A stretch of 64,000 nucleotides of DNA from Candidatus Latescibacterota bacterium (GCA_965219995.1 CBDCOX010000002.1:1280001-1344000); one strand, 5' to 3'; counted from the stretch's first letter, positions 48,283-58,471 are shown. Made by a program: numbers and translations. Notes: generated by a model from the letters alone, not told the origin.

Positions 48283-48320
48283 AAAAAAACGAGGCCCCTG
48301 AGATTCGGGGGCCTTTATTG
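48283..48320. terminator. Bidirectional intrinsic terminator
   Basis: A-tract, AGGCCCCTGA/TCGGGGGCCT stem and T-rich tail between convergent genes. Confidence 0.65.
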
Positions 48321-48398
48321 TTGACCGGCGCGGACTGGATGCGCGCAGCTCGGGCAAGAATTGGGACGCCGCCGCGACGAGATACGTTCCGGCGTCAC

Positions 48399-49022
48399 TC
48401 AATCAGCCAACTGTCTCTTGGACAAATCAATGGAAACGGAAAGTCGAGGATCTCCTATAGGGTCGCCCTGCCTCGGATGTTCCAGAAACGTAATGCTATC
48501 ATAGAAATCATCCAGCGACACAAATACGCCGTACTGTTCTGCCCATTCCCTCATCCTTCGATTGCAGCTGTACTTCCACGATACGACCTCAATTCGCCAT
48601 CCGCGCTTTTGCATTCGAGACAAATCGGCGTGAAATCCAACGCCGTCCAGAAAGCCTGCGCCGTCGCCGGTCAACATGACGACTGTGCCTGGATCTCCAT
48701 TGTTGTCGAAACCATCCCGCAACATTTCTGTCTGCAATATCTGGTCTACTCCCTGTTCGCGTCCGTACAAGGTACCTCGTTCCAGCAGCCTCACCTCCAC
48801 ACCGCTGTTTTCTAACCGATTCCAAACACTTCTCAGTTCCGGCGGGACGGAACCAGCGGCAACTGCCCGTCTGACAGTTCGCCCCGCGTGCGCCAACTTC
48901 AACATATTCGGGAAATGAATCCGTACGCGAGACCGGGCCGATTCGCCTTCCCTCTCAACGGCAACGTCCTGAGCACCAATGAAGATGTTTGAATTATCCC
49001 AATAGATGAAAACATCATCCAT
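48399..49022 (-). CDS. NYN-domain putative ribonuclease, copy 2
   Basis: VFIYWDNSN, EQGVD, MLTGDG. Full-length homologue of 25279-25905. Confidence 0.85.
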   Translation of the reverse strand: MDDVFIYWDNSNIFIGAQDVAVEREGESARSRVRIHFPNMLKLAHAGRTVRRAVAAGSVPPELRSVWNRLENSGVEVRLLERGTLYGREQGVDQILQTEMLRDGFDNNGDPGTVVMLTGDGAGFLDGVGFHADLSRMQKRGWRIEVVSWKYSCNRRMREWAEQYGVFVSLDDFYDSITFLEHPRQGDPIGDPRLSVSIDLSKRQLAD

Positions 49023-49447
49023 CTTCCATAACCCCCGTGTCTTGCCAATCCGTGGTTCGAGAGGCTGTACCATCGTGGCATGTAAACCGGCCCGATACAC
49101 CTCCCGTGCACGTGCCGCACGCGTTTGCATCACGTATCCCGTCTTCCACGTCTCCACTCACAGTTCTCACGATCAAGCTTGTCGATTGTGCTGCATCTGC
49201 AGCAATCCAACTATGGAAATGTCCACAATTTCGTGGCATCTTGTCAAGTAGAAACATCCAATCGATCAACCATAGTGTACGCCGAACCGTCTAGTCGCGC
49301 GGCGGGAACGATACAATTGGACGACCACCCATTGACGTATTGAATGTTCATTTCAAACGACAGTCGAGGTGCTGCAAATCCGATCCAAATTAAACATGAG
49401 GCCATCAATCATCACAACAGTCACGGCGCATGCACACGAATTTTCAG

Positions 49448-49475
49448 TTGACTTTTTGCATTCAAAATGCATAAT
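49448..49475 (+). promoter_or_regulatory. Promoter with an overlapping palindrome
   Basis: TTGACT-16 nt-CATAAT containing TGCATT-CAA-AATGCA; the ATG follows 8 nt later with no SD. Confidence 0.55.
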
Positions 49476-49483
49476 TTCCAGTC

Positions 49484-50707
49484 ATGGCCCTGCATTACAT
49501 CAAACGCTCGCTGGAACCTGTCCTCAGGAGGGCGGCCGCCGAATTTCCGGCCGTCGTCCTGACCGGACCGCGGCAGTCCGGCAAAACGACACTGCTCCAG
49601 CGTCTCTTTGCCCGTCGGTACAAATACGTCTCTCTCGAGCCGCCGGACGTTCGCGCAGCTGCCGTCGAAGACCCGCGAGGGTTCCTGGAACTGTATCCGG
49701 CGCCGGTGATCTTCGACGAGGTACAATACGCACCCGACCTGCTCTTCTATATCAAGGAGAAGATCGACTCAAACCGGAGCCGAGCCGGTCAATACCTGTT
49801 AACCGGCTCCCATAATCTGCTGCTCGTCCAAAACATCACCGAGTCGCTGGCAGGTCGTGCTGCGATTCTCCGACTCTTGCCATTGTCCAGGCGTGAAGTC
49901 GATGGGCGTCCTCACGCTCCCCTCGCCTGGGAGCGCGAAAGCCACCCGTCCGCGAGACCGCGTGCCGGCTACGGTGCGTTGTGGCAGGAGTTCCTTCGCG
50001 GCGGCTATCCGGAACTTGCGGCCCAACCCGATCGGGATGTCTCGCTCTGGCACGCCAGCTACATTCAGACCTATCTGGAACGGGACGTTCGCAGTTTGCG
50101 GCAGGTAGGCGACCTCACACAGTATCAGAACTTCCTGCGGGTTCTGGCCGCCCGAAGCGCCCAGCTACTTCGGCTGACCGACGTGGCTCGCGACCTCGGG
50201 GTTGCAGTCAATACCGTCAAAGCCTGGCTGTCCGTACTTGAGGCCACCTATCAGGTAATCGTCCTGCGGCCCTACTTCGCGAACGTCGGGAAACGGCTCG
50301 TCAAAACCCCGAAAGTCTATTTCACGGACGTCGGCACGTTGTGCTACCTGGTCGGTCTCAAGGATCCGGAGCATGCGGCCTCCGGACCCATGGGCGGCGC
50401 TCTGCTTGAAACGGCCGTTCTGTCAGAAATCGTCCGGGCGTTGACCCACCGCGGGATCGATCCGCAGGTCTATTTCTGGCGAACTCTGGCGGGATTGGAA
50501 GTTGATTTCGTCGTTGATACAGGCGCCGGTCTCGTCCCCATCGAAGTGAAGTCGTCCGCGACGCCGCGCCCGGGCATGGCCAACGCCATCAGGATGTTCC
50601 AGGGCGACCTGAAAGGCGTTGCAAGACCGGGATACGTCGTCCATCCCGGCGACGTCCGTGTACCGCTTGGTCCGGCTGTAACCGCCCTGCCCTTCGCCGA
50701 CCTCTGA
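49484..50707 (+). CDS. AAA+ ATPase (AAA_14 plus DUF4143)
   Basis: GPRQSGKTT, FDEVQ, LTGS, ESLAGR, GGYPE, YLERDV, KTPKVYF.D.G, EVDF, IEVKS. Confidence 0.92.
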   Translation: MALHYIKRSLEPVLRRAAAEFPAVVLTGPRQSGKTTLLQRLFARRYKYVSLEPPDVRAAAVEDPRGFLELYPAPVIFDEVQYAPDLLFYIKEKIDSNRSRAGQYLLTGSHNLLLVQNITESLAGRAAILRLLPLSRREVDGRPHAPLAWERESHPSARPRAGYGALWQEFLRGGYPELAAQPDRDVSLWHASYIQTYLERDVRSLRQVGDLTQYQNFLRVLAARSAQLLRLTDVARDLGVAVNTVKAWLSVLEATYQVIVLRPYFANVGKRLVKTPKVYFTDVGTLCYLVGLKDPEHAASGPMGGALLETAVLSEIVRALTHRGIDPQVYFWRTLAGLEVDFVVDTGAGLVPIEVKSSATPRPGMANAIRMFQGDLKGVARPGYVVHPGDVRVPLGPAVTALPFADL

Positions 50708-50739
50708 TGAGGCCTCGCCTTGGTTCCCCCGCCGGCCGT

Positions 50740-52254
50740 TCATCGATTCGCCGTTTTCGCAATGGTTTCCACGAACTCGAGCGCTTCCACGTCTTCGAAG
50801 CTTTTCTCGATGAGAGCGATCGCGTCGTTTCGCTTCCAGGTCTCCCAGTTCTTCCTGACAGCGCCACGCGCGTTTTCGACGAGTCTGTCCGGTTCCGGGT
50901 GAACGATTACAAACATCCGTCCTCCCTTGCCGTCGTACCAATCGATCAACTCACTGTTGACACCCCTGTCGTCAAAGCCGTAACCACAGACAACCATCGT
51001 GTTCGCCTGTCCAATGGTTGATCGAAAGCAATAACGGAGTTCGCGGAATATCCCGGATCCATGTTCAGGGACCGCGTTCGCCGGCCCGATCAGCAACACC
51101 CGCGGGCTGTGTTCCGCGTACACAAAGCTGCCTTCATCGCCAATGCGCAGAGGATAGAGATGATGCGGGACCCGTCTGATCCGCCCGTCGGTATAGCGGT
51201 ACCAGTCTACGGAACCTCGTAGCTTCAGAAACGGAATCGCAACATCCGCTGGGACGTTGCCGGTCCAGAGCGAAATGGCATCCTGCTGTGCCGAAAATCC
51301 ATCGACCAGTACTATCTCCCGGTCTCTCAGAAACGTCTCAACGTGCGTTTCGTGGCTCAGCGTCGCCAGACTGGTGACGTTGAAAACCTTACAGGCGTGT
51401 TCGATGGCGTTCAGATGCCGTACCCGATCCGGCGCAGGTTGATGTATCGCCAGGCTCTGTGAAACGACGTCCTCTATGTATTTGCACGTTTCCCTCATCA
51501 GGCCTTCCAGATCGAGGGAAACGGGCGTCTCGATCGGGCCGGCGCCACCCACGTTTGCCTCTGTCGCCATTGGGGCCGTAGACGACATCCCGGCTCTCAG
51601 GTCATTGACGAACCCGCGGACGGCCGGGTTATCCATTTCTTCCCTCGTTTCATCCAGAACCTCACGGGCGAGGAGACAAATGTCCTCGTAATCGACGTCT
51701 GTCCCCGCGTTCGCTGTCAGGTTCGACTCCGCCTCGGCGCCCAATCGTCCCGCCATACCCGCGGGAATCCTCACGGCTTCCGTACACGGTTCATTTCGGC
51801 CGCTGATGTAGAAACTCCCGTCACTGTGCCTGGTAACGCCGCGCCCGGAGACAACCAGACCGGTCAGTTCCCGTGTGGACGGATAGCCGGCCGCTGCCGA
51901 CGCGCCGGCGCCCAGAAGCACGGCGATGCCGGTATTCCGGTATACGCCTTGCCCTTCCCAAAGGGTCGGCTGAGGCTGATACCGCTCGACCTCGATCCGG
52001 TCTTCGTTTTCACGGGCCTGCAGGAGGTCGAATGCCGTCTGCCGGCGCAGCCAGTACTCCGCGTCGGACCATCCCGCTTTCTCGAGCCGGATGGCCATTT
52101 CCGGCGAGATGGCCGCGTGCCCGTTGAGTACCCGCGAAAGCGTGTGGCGCGCCACCCCCAGCACCCTCGCCGCGTCCGTGACGCTCAGACAGAGCGGGTC
52201 GAGCCAGTTCTCCACGATGCTCAATCCCGGATGGGGCAATTGTTCGATCGCCAT
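50740..52254 (-). CDS. HigA-like HTH fused in frame to a SIR2-like domain
   Basis: About 97 aa of HigA ([35 protein letters not shown]), then [33 protein letters not shown]. Confidence 0.8.
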   Translation of the reverse strand: MAIEQLPHPGLSIVENWLDPLCLSVTDAARVLGVARHTLSRVLNGHAAISPEMAIRLEKAGWSDAEYWLRRQTAFDLLQARENEDRIEVERYQPQPTLWEGQGVYRNTGIAVLLGAGASAAAGYPSTRELTGLVVSGRGVTRHSDGSFYISGRNEPCTEAVRIPAGMAGRLGAEAESNLTANAGTDVDYEDICLLAREVLDETREEMDNPAVRGFVNDLRAGMSSTAPMATEANVGGAGPIETPVSLDLEGLMRETCKYIEDVVSQSLAIHQPAPDRVRHLNAIEHACKVFNVTSLATLSHETHVETFLRDREIVLVDGFSAQQDAISLWTGNVPADVAIPFLKLRGSVDWYRYTDGRIRRVPHHLYPLRIGDEGSFVYAEHSPRVLLIGPANAVPEHGSGIFRELRYCFRSTIGQANTMVVCGYGFDDRGVNSELIDWYDGKGGRMFVIVHPEPDRLVENARGAVRKNWETWKRNDAIALIEKSFEDVEALEFVETIAKTANR

Positions 52255-52560
52255 GCGGTCTCCCCCGGCTCGTGGCGGTCGAGCAGGTCGACGCCGTGCG
52301 CGCCGCTCACCCAAATATGATGAGAGTTCAATAGTCCATACTCAGGGAGGCAAATCAGAGATTGCCGTTGCTGCACCGGAAAACCCGAATGTATCGCGTA
52401 CCGGTACGCGGGTCAAGTAAAATCACATCCGCCCGGGCCGCAGGCACACAGTGGGAACTTCGATATCAAACGGGGACAAAAAAAACCGGCAGGCTGACGC
52501 TTGTGGGACTTCGGTACCTGATCGTTCGCCGTTTAAATTCGGGGCAGGCATTCGTGCAAT

Positions 52561-52953
52561 TTACAGTTGCGAAACGCCGTCGATCCGCGCTGCTTCTCTG
52601 TCGAAGGTGTAAAGCGGACCCGCTCCGGCGCGTTCGGCCGCCGCCAGGATCATCAGATCCGAGAATCCGCCGCCAGACGTACGGTACCGTATCGCCGCGC
52701 GAGCCACGTCTCCGGCCTCCTCGATGACGAGACCCTCCGTGGCCACGAGTTCCACAAGTATCTTCGCAATGCGGCCAGGCGAGAGGCCATAGGCCCGTTC
52801 CAGCACCCAGACGAGCTCGACGACCACCTCACGGCAGACGAAACCCGGTCGGTCGGCCGTGAGTGACTCCAGCAGCGCGCGGGCCCTCTCGGCCTGCTGC
52901 GCGTCGTCCCGCACCAGAAAGCGAACGAGCACATTGGTATCCAGGCCGATCAC
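52561..52953 (-). CDS. vapC: VapC/PIN-domain toxin
   Basis: GLDTNVLVRFL..DD, ELVWVL, FSD, YTFD. Confidence 0.9.
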   Translation of the reverse strand: MIGLDTNVLVRFLVRDDAQQAERARALLESLTADRPGFVCREVVVELVWVLERAYGLSPGRIAKILVELVATEGLVIEEAGDVARAAIRYRTSGGGFSDLMILAAAERAGAGPLYTFDREAARIDGVSQL

Positions 52954-53183
52954 TCGTCCGCCGCACCGTCGGATACGGCCTTCTCCATCTCCTCGACGGT
53001 CAGGGCGGGACCTTGAACCCTCAGCACACCGAACAGCCGGCCGACGGGCTTCAGGGGCAGAAGGCGCACGTCGCCATCGGTGATGACGTACCGCAATCTG
53101 TCTCCCGTGTGTACGCCCAACGCCTCCCGAACGAACTTGGGAATTGTCGTCTGCCCCTTCGTGGTGATTGTAGATTCATACAT
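52950..53183 (-). CDS. AbrB/MazE-type antitoxin
   Basis: STITTKGQTTIPK.VREALG; overlaps the toxin start. Confidence 0.9.
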   Translation of the reverse strand: MYESTITTKGQTTIPKFVREALGVHTGDRLRYVITDGDVRLLPLKPVGRLFGVLRVQGPALTVEEMEKAVSDGAADE

Positions 53184-53203
53184 TACAATATCTCCTTTAC
53201 CCT

Positions 53204-53221
53204 GGAATATACAAATATTCC
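53204..53221. promoter_or_regulatory. Palindromic operator of the AbrB-VapC module
   Basis: GGAATAT-ACAA-ATATTCC immediately upstream of the RBS. Confidence 0.5.
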
Positions 53222-53680
53222 TTACAAATTACAAGCAAACAAGGTGAAATTCATCGTTCTCCGGATTTTCTCGATATCGTTACCACCAGAGCATTTCTTC
53301 CCGCACTTAAACCCTGCGTCGTTCTTCCCGAAATCAAGTGGACTCCGGCATCCAACGTCGCCTGGGAATCGCCCTCGTACTCGGAAGCGGAACTTCGGAC
53401 CTTTGGAGAATCAGACCGACCGTGCGGGTGACGCTGGCTAAGGAAACGATCGTTTCATGATCGCGTGCGTTGCGAAACGTCCGTTTCTTAACCTGAATTA
53501 TTCATGAAAACCGGTGGATGTTTTGTATAATGGGTTGGTTTTCAATAACATGAGTGGAGAAACTAACGAAATCCTTGATACGTCCAAAATCGAGTTGACC
53601 GGCGTGACGTTGGGGTGTCAGGCTGACGCGCAACATCGTGGTTTTGCGCCTATTGCGACAACGAACTTCAGTCACGGATT

Positions 53681-53767
53681 TTTCGTTTTTTTCGTGTGTT
53701 TCGTAGTTTCTGATGTTGGTTTTCTCGTGCACTTGGTTTTCATCCTGTCCATCCTGTCCATCCATGT
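53681..53767. repeat. Two 9-nt-period triplet micro-repeats
   Basis: TTTCGTTTT-TTTCGTGTG-TTTCGTAGT (53681-53707) and CATCCTGTC-CATCCTGTC-CATCCATGT (53741-53767). Confidence 0.6.
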
Positions 53768-53845
53768 TTGTTCCGTTTCATGAATGAATGGGGTTAACAG
53801 GGCTTTTTCGAATCCCTCGTCCTGGAATCGAAACACTCCAGGCGG

Positions 53846-53885
53846 CAAAAAGCGCGACCCCGACGGACGATCCCATCGGGGTCTT
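53846..53885 (-). terminator. Terminator of the hflKC-coaE operon; second copy of the 30-bp repeat
   Basis: Minus strand GACCCCGA...TCGGGGTC followed by GCGCTTTTT. Confidence 0.6.
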
Positions 53886-53963
53886 CAGGCGTCCCGGCAC
53901 CGGAGGACTGCGCATCCGGACCGATCAACGTCTGTCACCTGACTCTCTCCAAGTCTCACCGCT

Positions 53964-54560
53964 CTATGTCTCGATAATCTCCCGCCAGACCGCCATCGCC
54001 CGCGTTTCCAGATCGGATAACGATCCCGCGTTTTCGATCACGTAGTCCGCTGCCGCGACCTTTTCCGATTCCGGCAGCTGTGACGCCAGCCGGTCCCTGA
54101 CTTCTCCCTCGGACAGGCCCTTCCGTTCCATGGCCCGCTGAATCCGCACGGTTTCCGGCGCCGTGACCACCACCAGTGCGTCGCACAGCGCGCGATGGTC
54201 GCCCCATTCCAGGATCAGCGCCGCGTCGATCACGACCGGCCGGTCCGGACATGCGGAGCGCGACCGCACCGCTGCCTCCCGCAACCTCCTGCCGAGCGAC
54301 GGCCACACGATGGCGTTCAGCCGCTCCCGCGCACCCGGCGAAGCGAACGCGCGCCGGCCCAGTTCCCGGCGATTCAGGGCGCCGTGGACGTCCAGAATGT
54401 CGTTACCGAACGCCTGCGCCAGTCCCCGCAGGACCGCCGGGTCTTCCACCGCCTCCCTCCCCACCTCGTCCGCCTCGATCACCCGCGCGCCTTTCCTCGC
54501 GAAAACCTCGCATACGCGGCTCTTTCCCGCGCCGATCCCCCCGGTGACCCCAACGATCAC
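53964..54560 (-). CDS. coaE: Dephospho-CoA kinase
   Basis: GVTGGIGAGKS, LNRRELG, DAALILE, ADYVIEN. Confidence 0.95.
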   Translation of the reverse strand: MIVGVTGGIGAGKSRVCEVFARKGARVIEADEVGREAVEDPAVLRGLAQAFGNDILDVHGALNRRELGRRAFASPGARERLNAIVWPSLGRRLREAAVRSRSACPDRPVVIDAALILEWGDHRALCDALVVVTAPETVRIQRAMERKGLSEGEVRDRLASQLPESEKVAAADYVIENAGSLSDLETRAMAVWREIIET

Positions 54561-55501
54561 GACCGGTCTCCTGACCGCCGCACCTTCAGGCGCAGTCGCA
54601 ACGGCAACGCGTCTTCCGGTGACTCTTCATCCCAACCGTCGATAATTCGGCGGTTCCGGATCCGGACCGCGACAAATACGCCCAGAAGCAGGAACGTCAT
54701 ATAGATCCAGAGCGCTTCCGCCGATGTCAGCAGGGCCGTTGCGCTGAACCGCCCCTTTGCGTATTCCGCCCATTCCCGTTCAAACTTCCCGGGCGTGAGC
54801 CCGGTGACCCGATACAGTGCAACGTCGAACGAGACCCCGCTCCCGAGCGACCGGACGATCTGCGCCACGGCGTCGGGGCCGCCCAGATGGATCAGGTACA
54901 GAACGGCAAGCAGGCTCTCGGTATACGCCAGGCGCGCCCTGGAAGACGAAAAACCGAGGACGCCCTCGATTTCGCCCAGCGGAACCAGTCCGCCGGAAAA
55001 AATCGCGTAGGAGACCTCGGTGCTTTCCCGCAGCCGCCATTCCTGTGCGGCCCACATGGCCACACCCTCGTCGAACCAGCGCGGAATCCGCGCACGCGAC
55101 AGATGGTGCAGCAGAATATGGGAGAGTTCGTGCCGGGCCGTCTTCAGAACCTGTCCGCGCTGTCCCGGGAGAAGCCGCAGCACGGCGATCCGTTCGGCAG
55201 GGAACGCGCAACCCACTCCCCAGTGGGGAATACGTCCACGCGTGACGGCGTCGAACAACTGCTGGGAGCCCGCCACGTAGACGGTAACCGAAACATCCCG
55301 GCCTCCTCCCAGCTTTTCCGCGACCTCGGACCTCCCGTCGATCAGCTCATCCAGAAGGCCCCACGCCGCCTCGCGATCAATCTCCTGAAACCGCAGCGTC
55401 AGCCCTTCCCGTTCGAGTCGTTCCCAACCCTCGGCCGAAGCCGGCCGGCACAGCAGGCAGACCGCCCAGATCAACGGGCAGAACCGCCGCGCGGTCATCA
55501 T
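54557..55501 (-). CDS. Peptidase MA-like zinc metalloprotease with C-terminal TM
   Basis: RHELSH (HExxH), PRWFDEGVA, signal peptide. Confidence 0.8.
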   Translation of the reverse strand: MMTARRFCPLIWAVCLLCRPASAEGWERLEREGLTLRFQEIDREAAWGLLDELIDGRSEVAEKLGGGRDVSVTVYVAGSQQLFDAVTRGRIPHWGVGCAFPAERIAVLRLLPGQRGQVLKTARHELSHILLHHLSRARIPRWFDEGVAMWAAQEWRLRESTEVSYAIFSGGLVPLGEIEGVLGFSSSRARLAYTESLLAVLYLIHLGGPDAVAQIVRSLGSGVSFDVALYRVTGLTPGKFEREWAEYAKGRFSATALLTSAEALWIYMTFLLLGVFVAVRIRNRRIIDGWDEESPEDALPLRLRLKVRRSGDRS

Positions 55502-56358
55502 CGCTTCCTGTGACCCAGAAACTTGAAGAAGTCCGTGCGCAGCGGCAGCACAACCGTAGTCGTTCCCTCCGTGAGCGTCCGCTCGTAGGCCTCGAGCGTG
55601 CGCTGGAACTCGTAGAATCGCGGGTCTCTCTGGAACGCCTTTGCGTAAATCGCCAACGCCTCGGCGTCGCCCTGGCCCCGGATCAGCTGAGACTTCTGGA
55701 ACGCGTCGGACTTGATGCGCGTGACTTCAAGGTCGGTCTCCGCCCGGATCTTGAGGGCCGCCTCTTCGCCCTCTGCCCGATATTCCTTTGCCTGCCTGGC
55801 ACGCTCGGCCCGCATCCGGTCGAAGACGTTCTTCTTGTTCTCCTCGGGCAGGTCGGCACGTTTGATGCGAACGTCCACCACCTCCACGCCCAATTCCTCG
55901 GCGTCCTGGCGCGACCGCTCCGTGACCTTATCCATAATCTCCTTCCGATTGCCGGAGACGATTTCATCGAGCGTCCGGCGACCCAACTCCTCCCGCACGG
56001 CCGCGTAGATGATATCGTCCAGGCGGGACTGGGCGCCGCGCACCGTCTGCACGGACTTCAGAAATTTCAGGGGGTTGACGATACGCCACCTCGCGAAATT
56101 GTCAACGATCAGGTTCTTCTTGTCCAGCGTATAAATGGGCGCCGGATCCGCGTCGCTATACAGCAGACGGTCGTCGAAGGAGTGAAGCCGCTCGACAAAA
56201 GGCACTTTCCACTGCAGGCCGGGACTCTGGATGGTACGCCTGGGTTCTCCCAGCCGGGTCACCACCACCTGTTCGCGTTCGTCAACGGTGAACAGGACCG
56301 ACTCGACCAGCAGACCCGCCACCACGATGGCCACGATGGCCTTGATTATCGATTTCAT
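55498..56358 (-). CDS. hflC: Protease modulator HflC
   Basis: SPFH domain; DKKNLIVD, RIKRADLP, RMRAER, FYEFQRTLEAY. Confidence 0.95.
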   Translation of the reverse strand: MKSIIKAIVAIVVAGLLVESVLFTVDEREQVVVTRLGEPRRTIQSPGLQWKVPFVERLHSFDDRLLYSDADPAPIYTLDKKNLIVDNFARWRIVNPLKFLKSVQTVRGAQSRLDDIIYAAVREELGRRTLDEIVSGNRKEIMDKVTERSRQDAEELGVEVVDVRIKRADLPEENKKNVFDRMRAERARQAKEYRAEGEEAALKIRAETDLEVTRIKSDAFQKSQLIRGQGDAEALAIYAKAFQRDPRFYEFQRTLEAYERTLTEGTTTVVLPLRTDFFKFLGHRKR

Positions 56359-56360
56359 CC

Positions 56361-57362
56361 TCAGTTCCCCCCTGCTGTCGTCGGTCCAACGGGTTTCGGC
56401 GCGTTGGGCTGCAGATTCAGCAGATTCAGAAAACCGCTCCCCTTGCCGTCGGACTCGACCACGTATTTCTGGATGCCCGGCAGAATCTTTTCCATGGTTT
56501 CCAGGTAAAGCCTGACCTCGGTTACGTCCTTGGCCTTGCGATACTCAGTAAGGACTTCAAGAAAACGCTCCGCGTCGCCCTGGGACCGCTTGACGCGCTC
56601 GACCGTATACGCCTCTGCCTCCCGAATCATCTTCTCCGCCCCCCCCCGCGCCTTCGGGATGACCTCGTTCCGATAGGCTTCGGCCTCGTTGCGCAGCCGT
56701 TCCCGATCCTCGCGGGCGCTGGCGACGTCCTTGAACGCGTGATCCACCTCTCGCGGTACCGATACTGTCTGCAACTTTACGTTCTCCACATGCACCCCGA
56801 TGTCGTAGAGGTCGAACACCGCTTTGACCTGTTCCTCGATCTCGCTCTGGATCTTGAATTTGCCCTCGGTGAGCGCTTCGTCGATCGCCGAACGGCCAAC
56901 CACCTGGCGAAGCGCCGCTTCCACCACGCTCCGGACGGCGTGCACCTGGTCGGCGGCGTTGAACAGGTATTCTTCGATGTCGCTGATCCGATACTGGACG
57001 ATCAGTTCCACGTTCACGATATTTTCGTCGCCGGTGAGCATGGACGCCTCGCGGCTCACGTTCTGATATCGGGGTACCGGCTCGACGGCGATGGTACGGA
57101 ACCCGATCTCAACCCGCTTCACCTCGCTGACCTGCTCGATTTCCACCGACTCGACGGGCCACGGAAGATGGTAGTGGATGCCGGGCTCCTCCACGCCCAT
57201 GGATTTGCCGAACCGCAGTACCACCGCCTGTTCGGCCGGCTGTACGATGTAGATCCCGCTGAGCAGCCACAGCAGGACCAGAACGCCCAGCCCGTAATAG
57301 ACCAGCCGGGGGCTGAGGGACAGGTCGAAGCTCGGCCGACCCGGAAAATCGTATTGTTGCAT
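56361..57362 (-). CDS. hflK: FtsH modulator HflK
   Basis: VVLRFGK, MLTGDENIV, AFKDV..ARED, RLYLETME. Confidence 0.95.
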   Translation of the reverse strand: MQQYDFPGRPSFDLSLSPRLVYYGLGVLVLLWLLSGIYIVQPAEQAVVLRFGKSMGVEEPGIHYHLPWPVESVEIEQVSEVKRVEIGFRTIAVEPVPRYQNVSREASMLTGDENIVNVELIVQYRISDIEEYLFNAADQVHAVRSVVEAALRQVVGRSAIDEALTEGKFKIQSEIEEQVKAVFDLYDIGVHVENVKLQTVSVPREVDHAFKDVASAREDRERLRNEAEAYRNEVIPKARGGAEKMIREAEAYTVERVKRSQGDAERFLEVLTEYRKAKDVTEVRLYLETMEKILPGIQKYVVESDGKGSGFLNLLNLQPNAPKPVGPTTAGGN

Positions 57363-57437
57363 AGGACAAACCCCTTGATGAAATGGCCTGCATCGGAATG
57401 CCGCCGGAACGTGAAGATTCGGCGGGCGAACCTTCCG

Positions 57438-58361
57438 TTACTCCAGATAATCGCCAATCCTGGCCATCTGTTCGATGCCTCGGAGACAGCACGTAACGCC
57501 CGCGACGCGATTGGCGAACCGGACGGCCGAGGGAACGCTGCGAGTCTTGAGGAACGACCACGTGAAGCCCATCAGGAACGCGTCGCCGCATCCGGTCTCG
57601 TCAACGGGAACGGCGGCGGCCTGCGCCGGATAATGTCGAACTTCAACGGCGCCCCGCGGATTTCTGGCGACCGAATCGGCCCCGTTTTCGCCGCGGGTTA
57701 TCAACAGCGCCGTCGGACCCAGGGACAGGACCCGCTCGCCGAATTTCCCGGCGGCCTCTTCGGTGTCCAGGGATCCGCCGGCCAGGAGTTCACCCTCGCG
57801 CTGGTTCAGCTGGACAACGTCCGCGCAGCCCAGCCACGCCTCCCAACGGGGCGGAACGCGGAAAAACCTGCGGCGCTTCTCGTCGATTCCCAGCGTAAGG
57901 CTGTGAACGTCCATCAGCACGAGACTGCTGGAGGCGCGCCGGAAGGCCTGCAGCGCCCGCAATTCAAGTTCCATGCCGGTGATGAAATTGACGCAGACCG
58001 CGTCGCAGCCCTTAAACGGCAGAAGCCGCTCGATCGTCAGCGCGGGTACGCCGCCCAGAAGCGTCTCCTGCTTCCGGTTACCGGAATCATACGTCAGGAA
58101 ACAGTGGGGATTCCATTGGGGCACGAACCGCACACCGTCCATCCGCACGGACGCCATCGAGCTCAGAAGACGCCGAACCGCGTCTTCTACGTCCCTGCCC
58201 ACGTTGCACACCGGAAATGTCGTGGCGGAACCCACCTCGGCCAGCGCCGCGATACTGTAAAGGATGCCGCCGTAACTTTCGGTGCGGGTCCCGTCTGGCG
58301 TACAGATCGTATCCCGGTTGATTGAACCGACCACCGCGATACGACGCGCGTTTCCGGACAT
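57438..58361 (-). CDS. PfkB-family carbohydrate kinase
   Basis: VGSINRD, N..E, ITRGENG, DETGCGDAF. Confidence 0.85.
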   Translation of the reverse strand: MSGNARRIAVVGSINRDTICTPDGTRTESYGGILYSIAALAEVGSATTFPVCNVGRDVEDAVRRLLSSMASVRMDGVRFVPQWNPHCFLTYDSGNRKQETLLGGVPALTIERLLPFKGCDAVCVNFITGMELELRALQAFRRASSSLVLMDVHSLTLGIDEKRRRFFRVPPRWEAWLGCADVVQLNQREGELLAGGSLDTEEAAGKFGERVLSLGPTALLITRGENGADSVARNPRGAVEVRHYPAQAAAVPVDETGCGDAFLMGFTWSFLKTRSVPSAVRFANRVAGVTCCLRGIEQMARIGDYLE

Positions 58362-58471
58362 CGCCCACCTCACCGGAGACAGTTTTTGAATCTACCACAA
58401 ATCCCGGTACGTGTCAACCCCAATCCCCCCTGATTGAACCGCCCGTTTACGCCGTCCCGGCGCCGGCGGCG

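Noticed and set aside
28439-53960. Intact prophage, ICE or IS at tRNA-Asn
   Set aside because: No integrase, transposase, phage structural or conjugation gene was recognised, and I did not spot a duplicated tRNA-Asn 3' end by eye.
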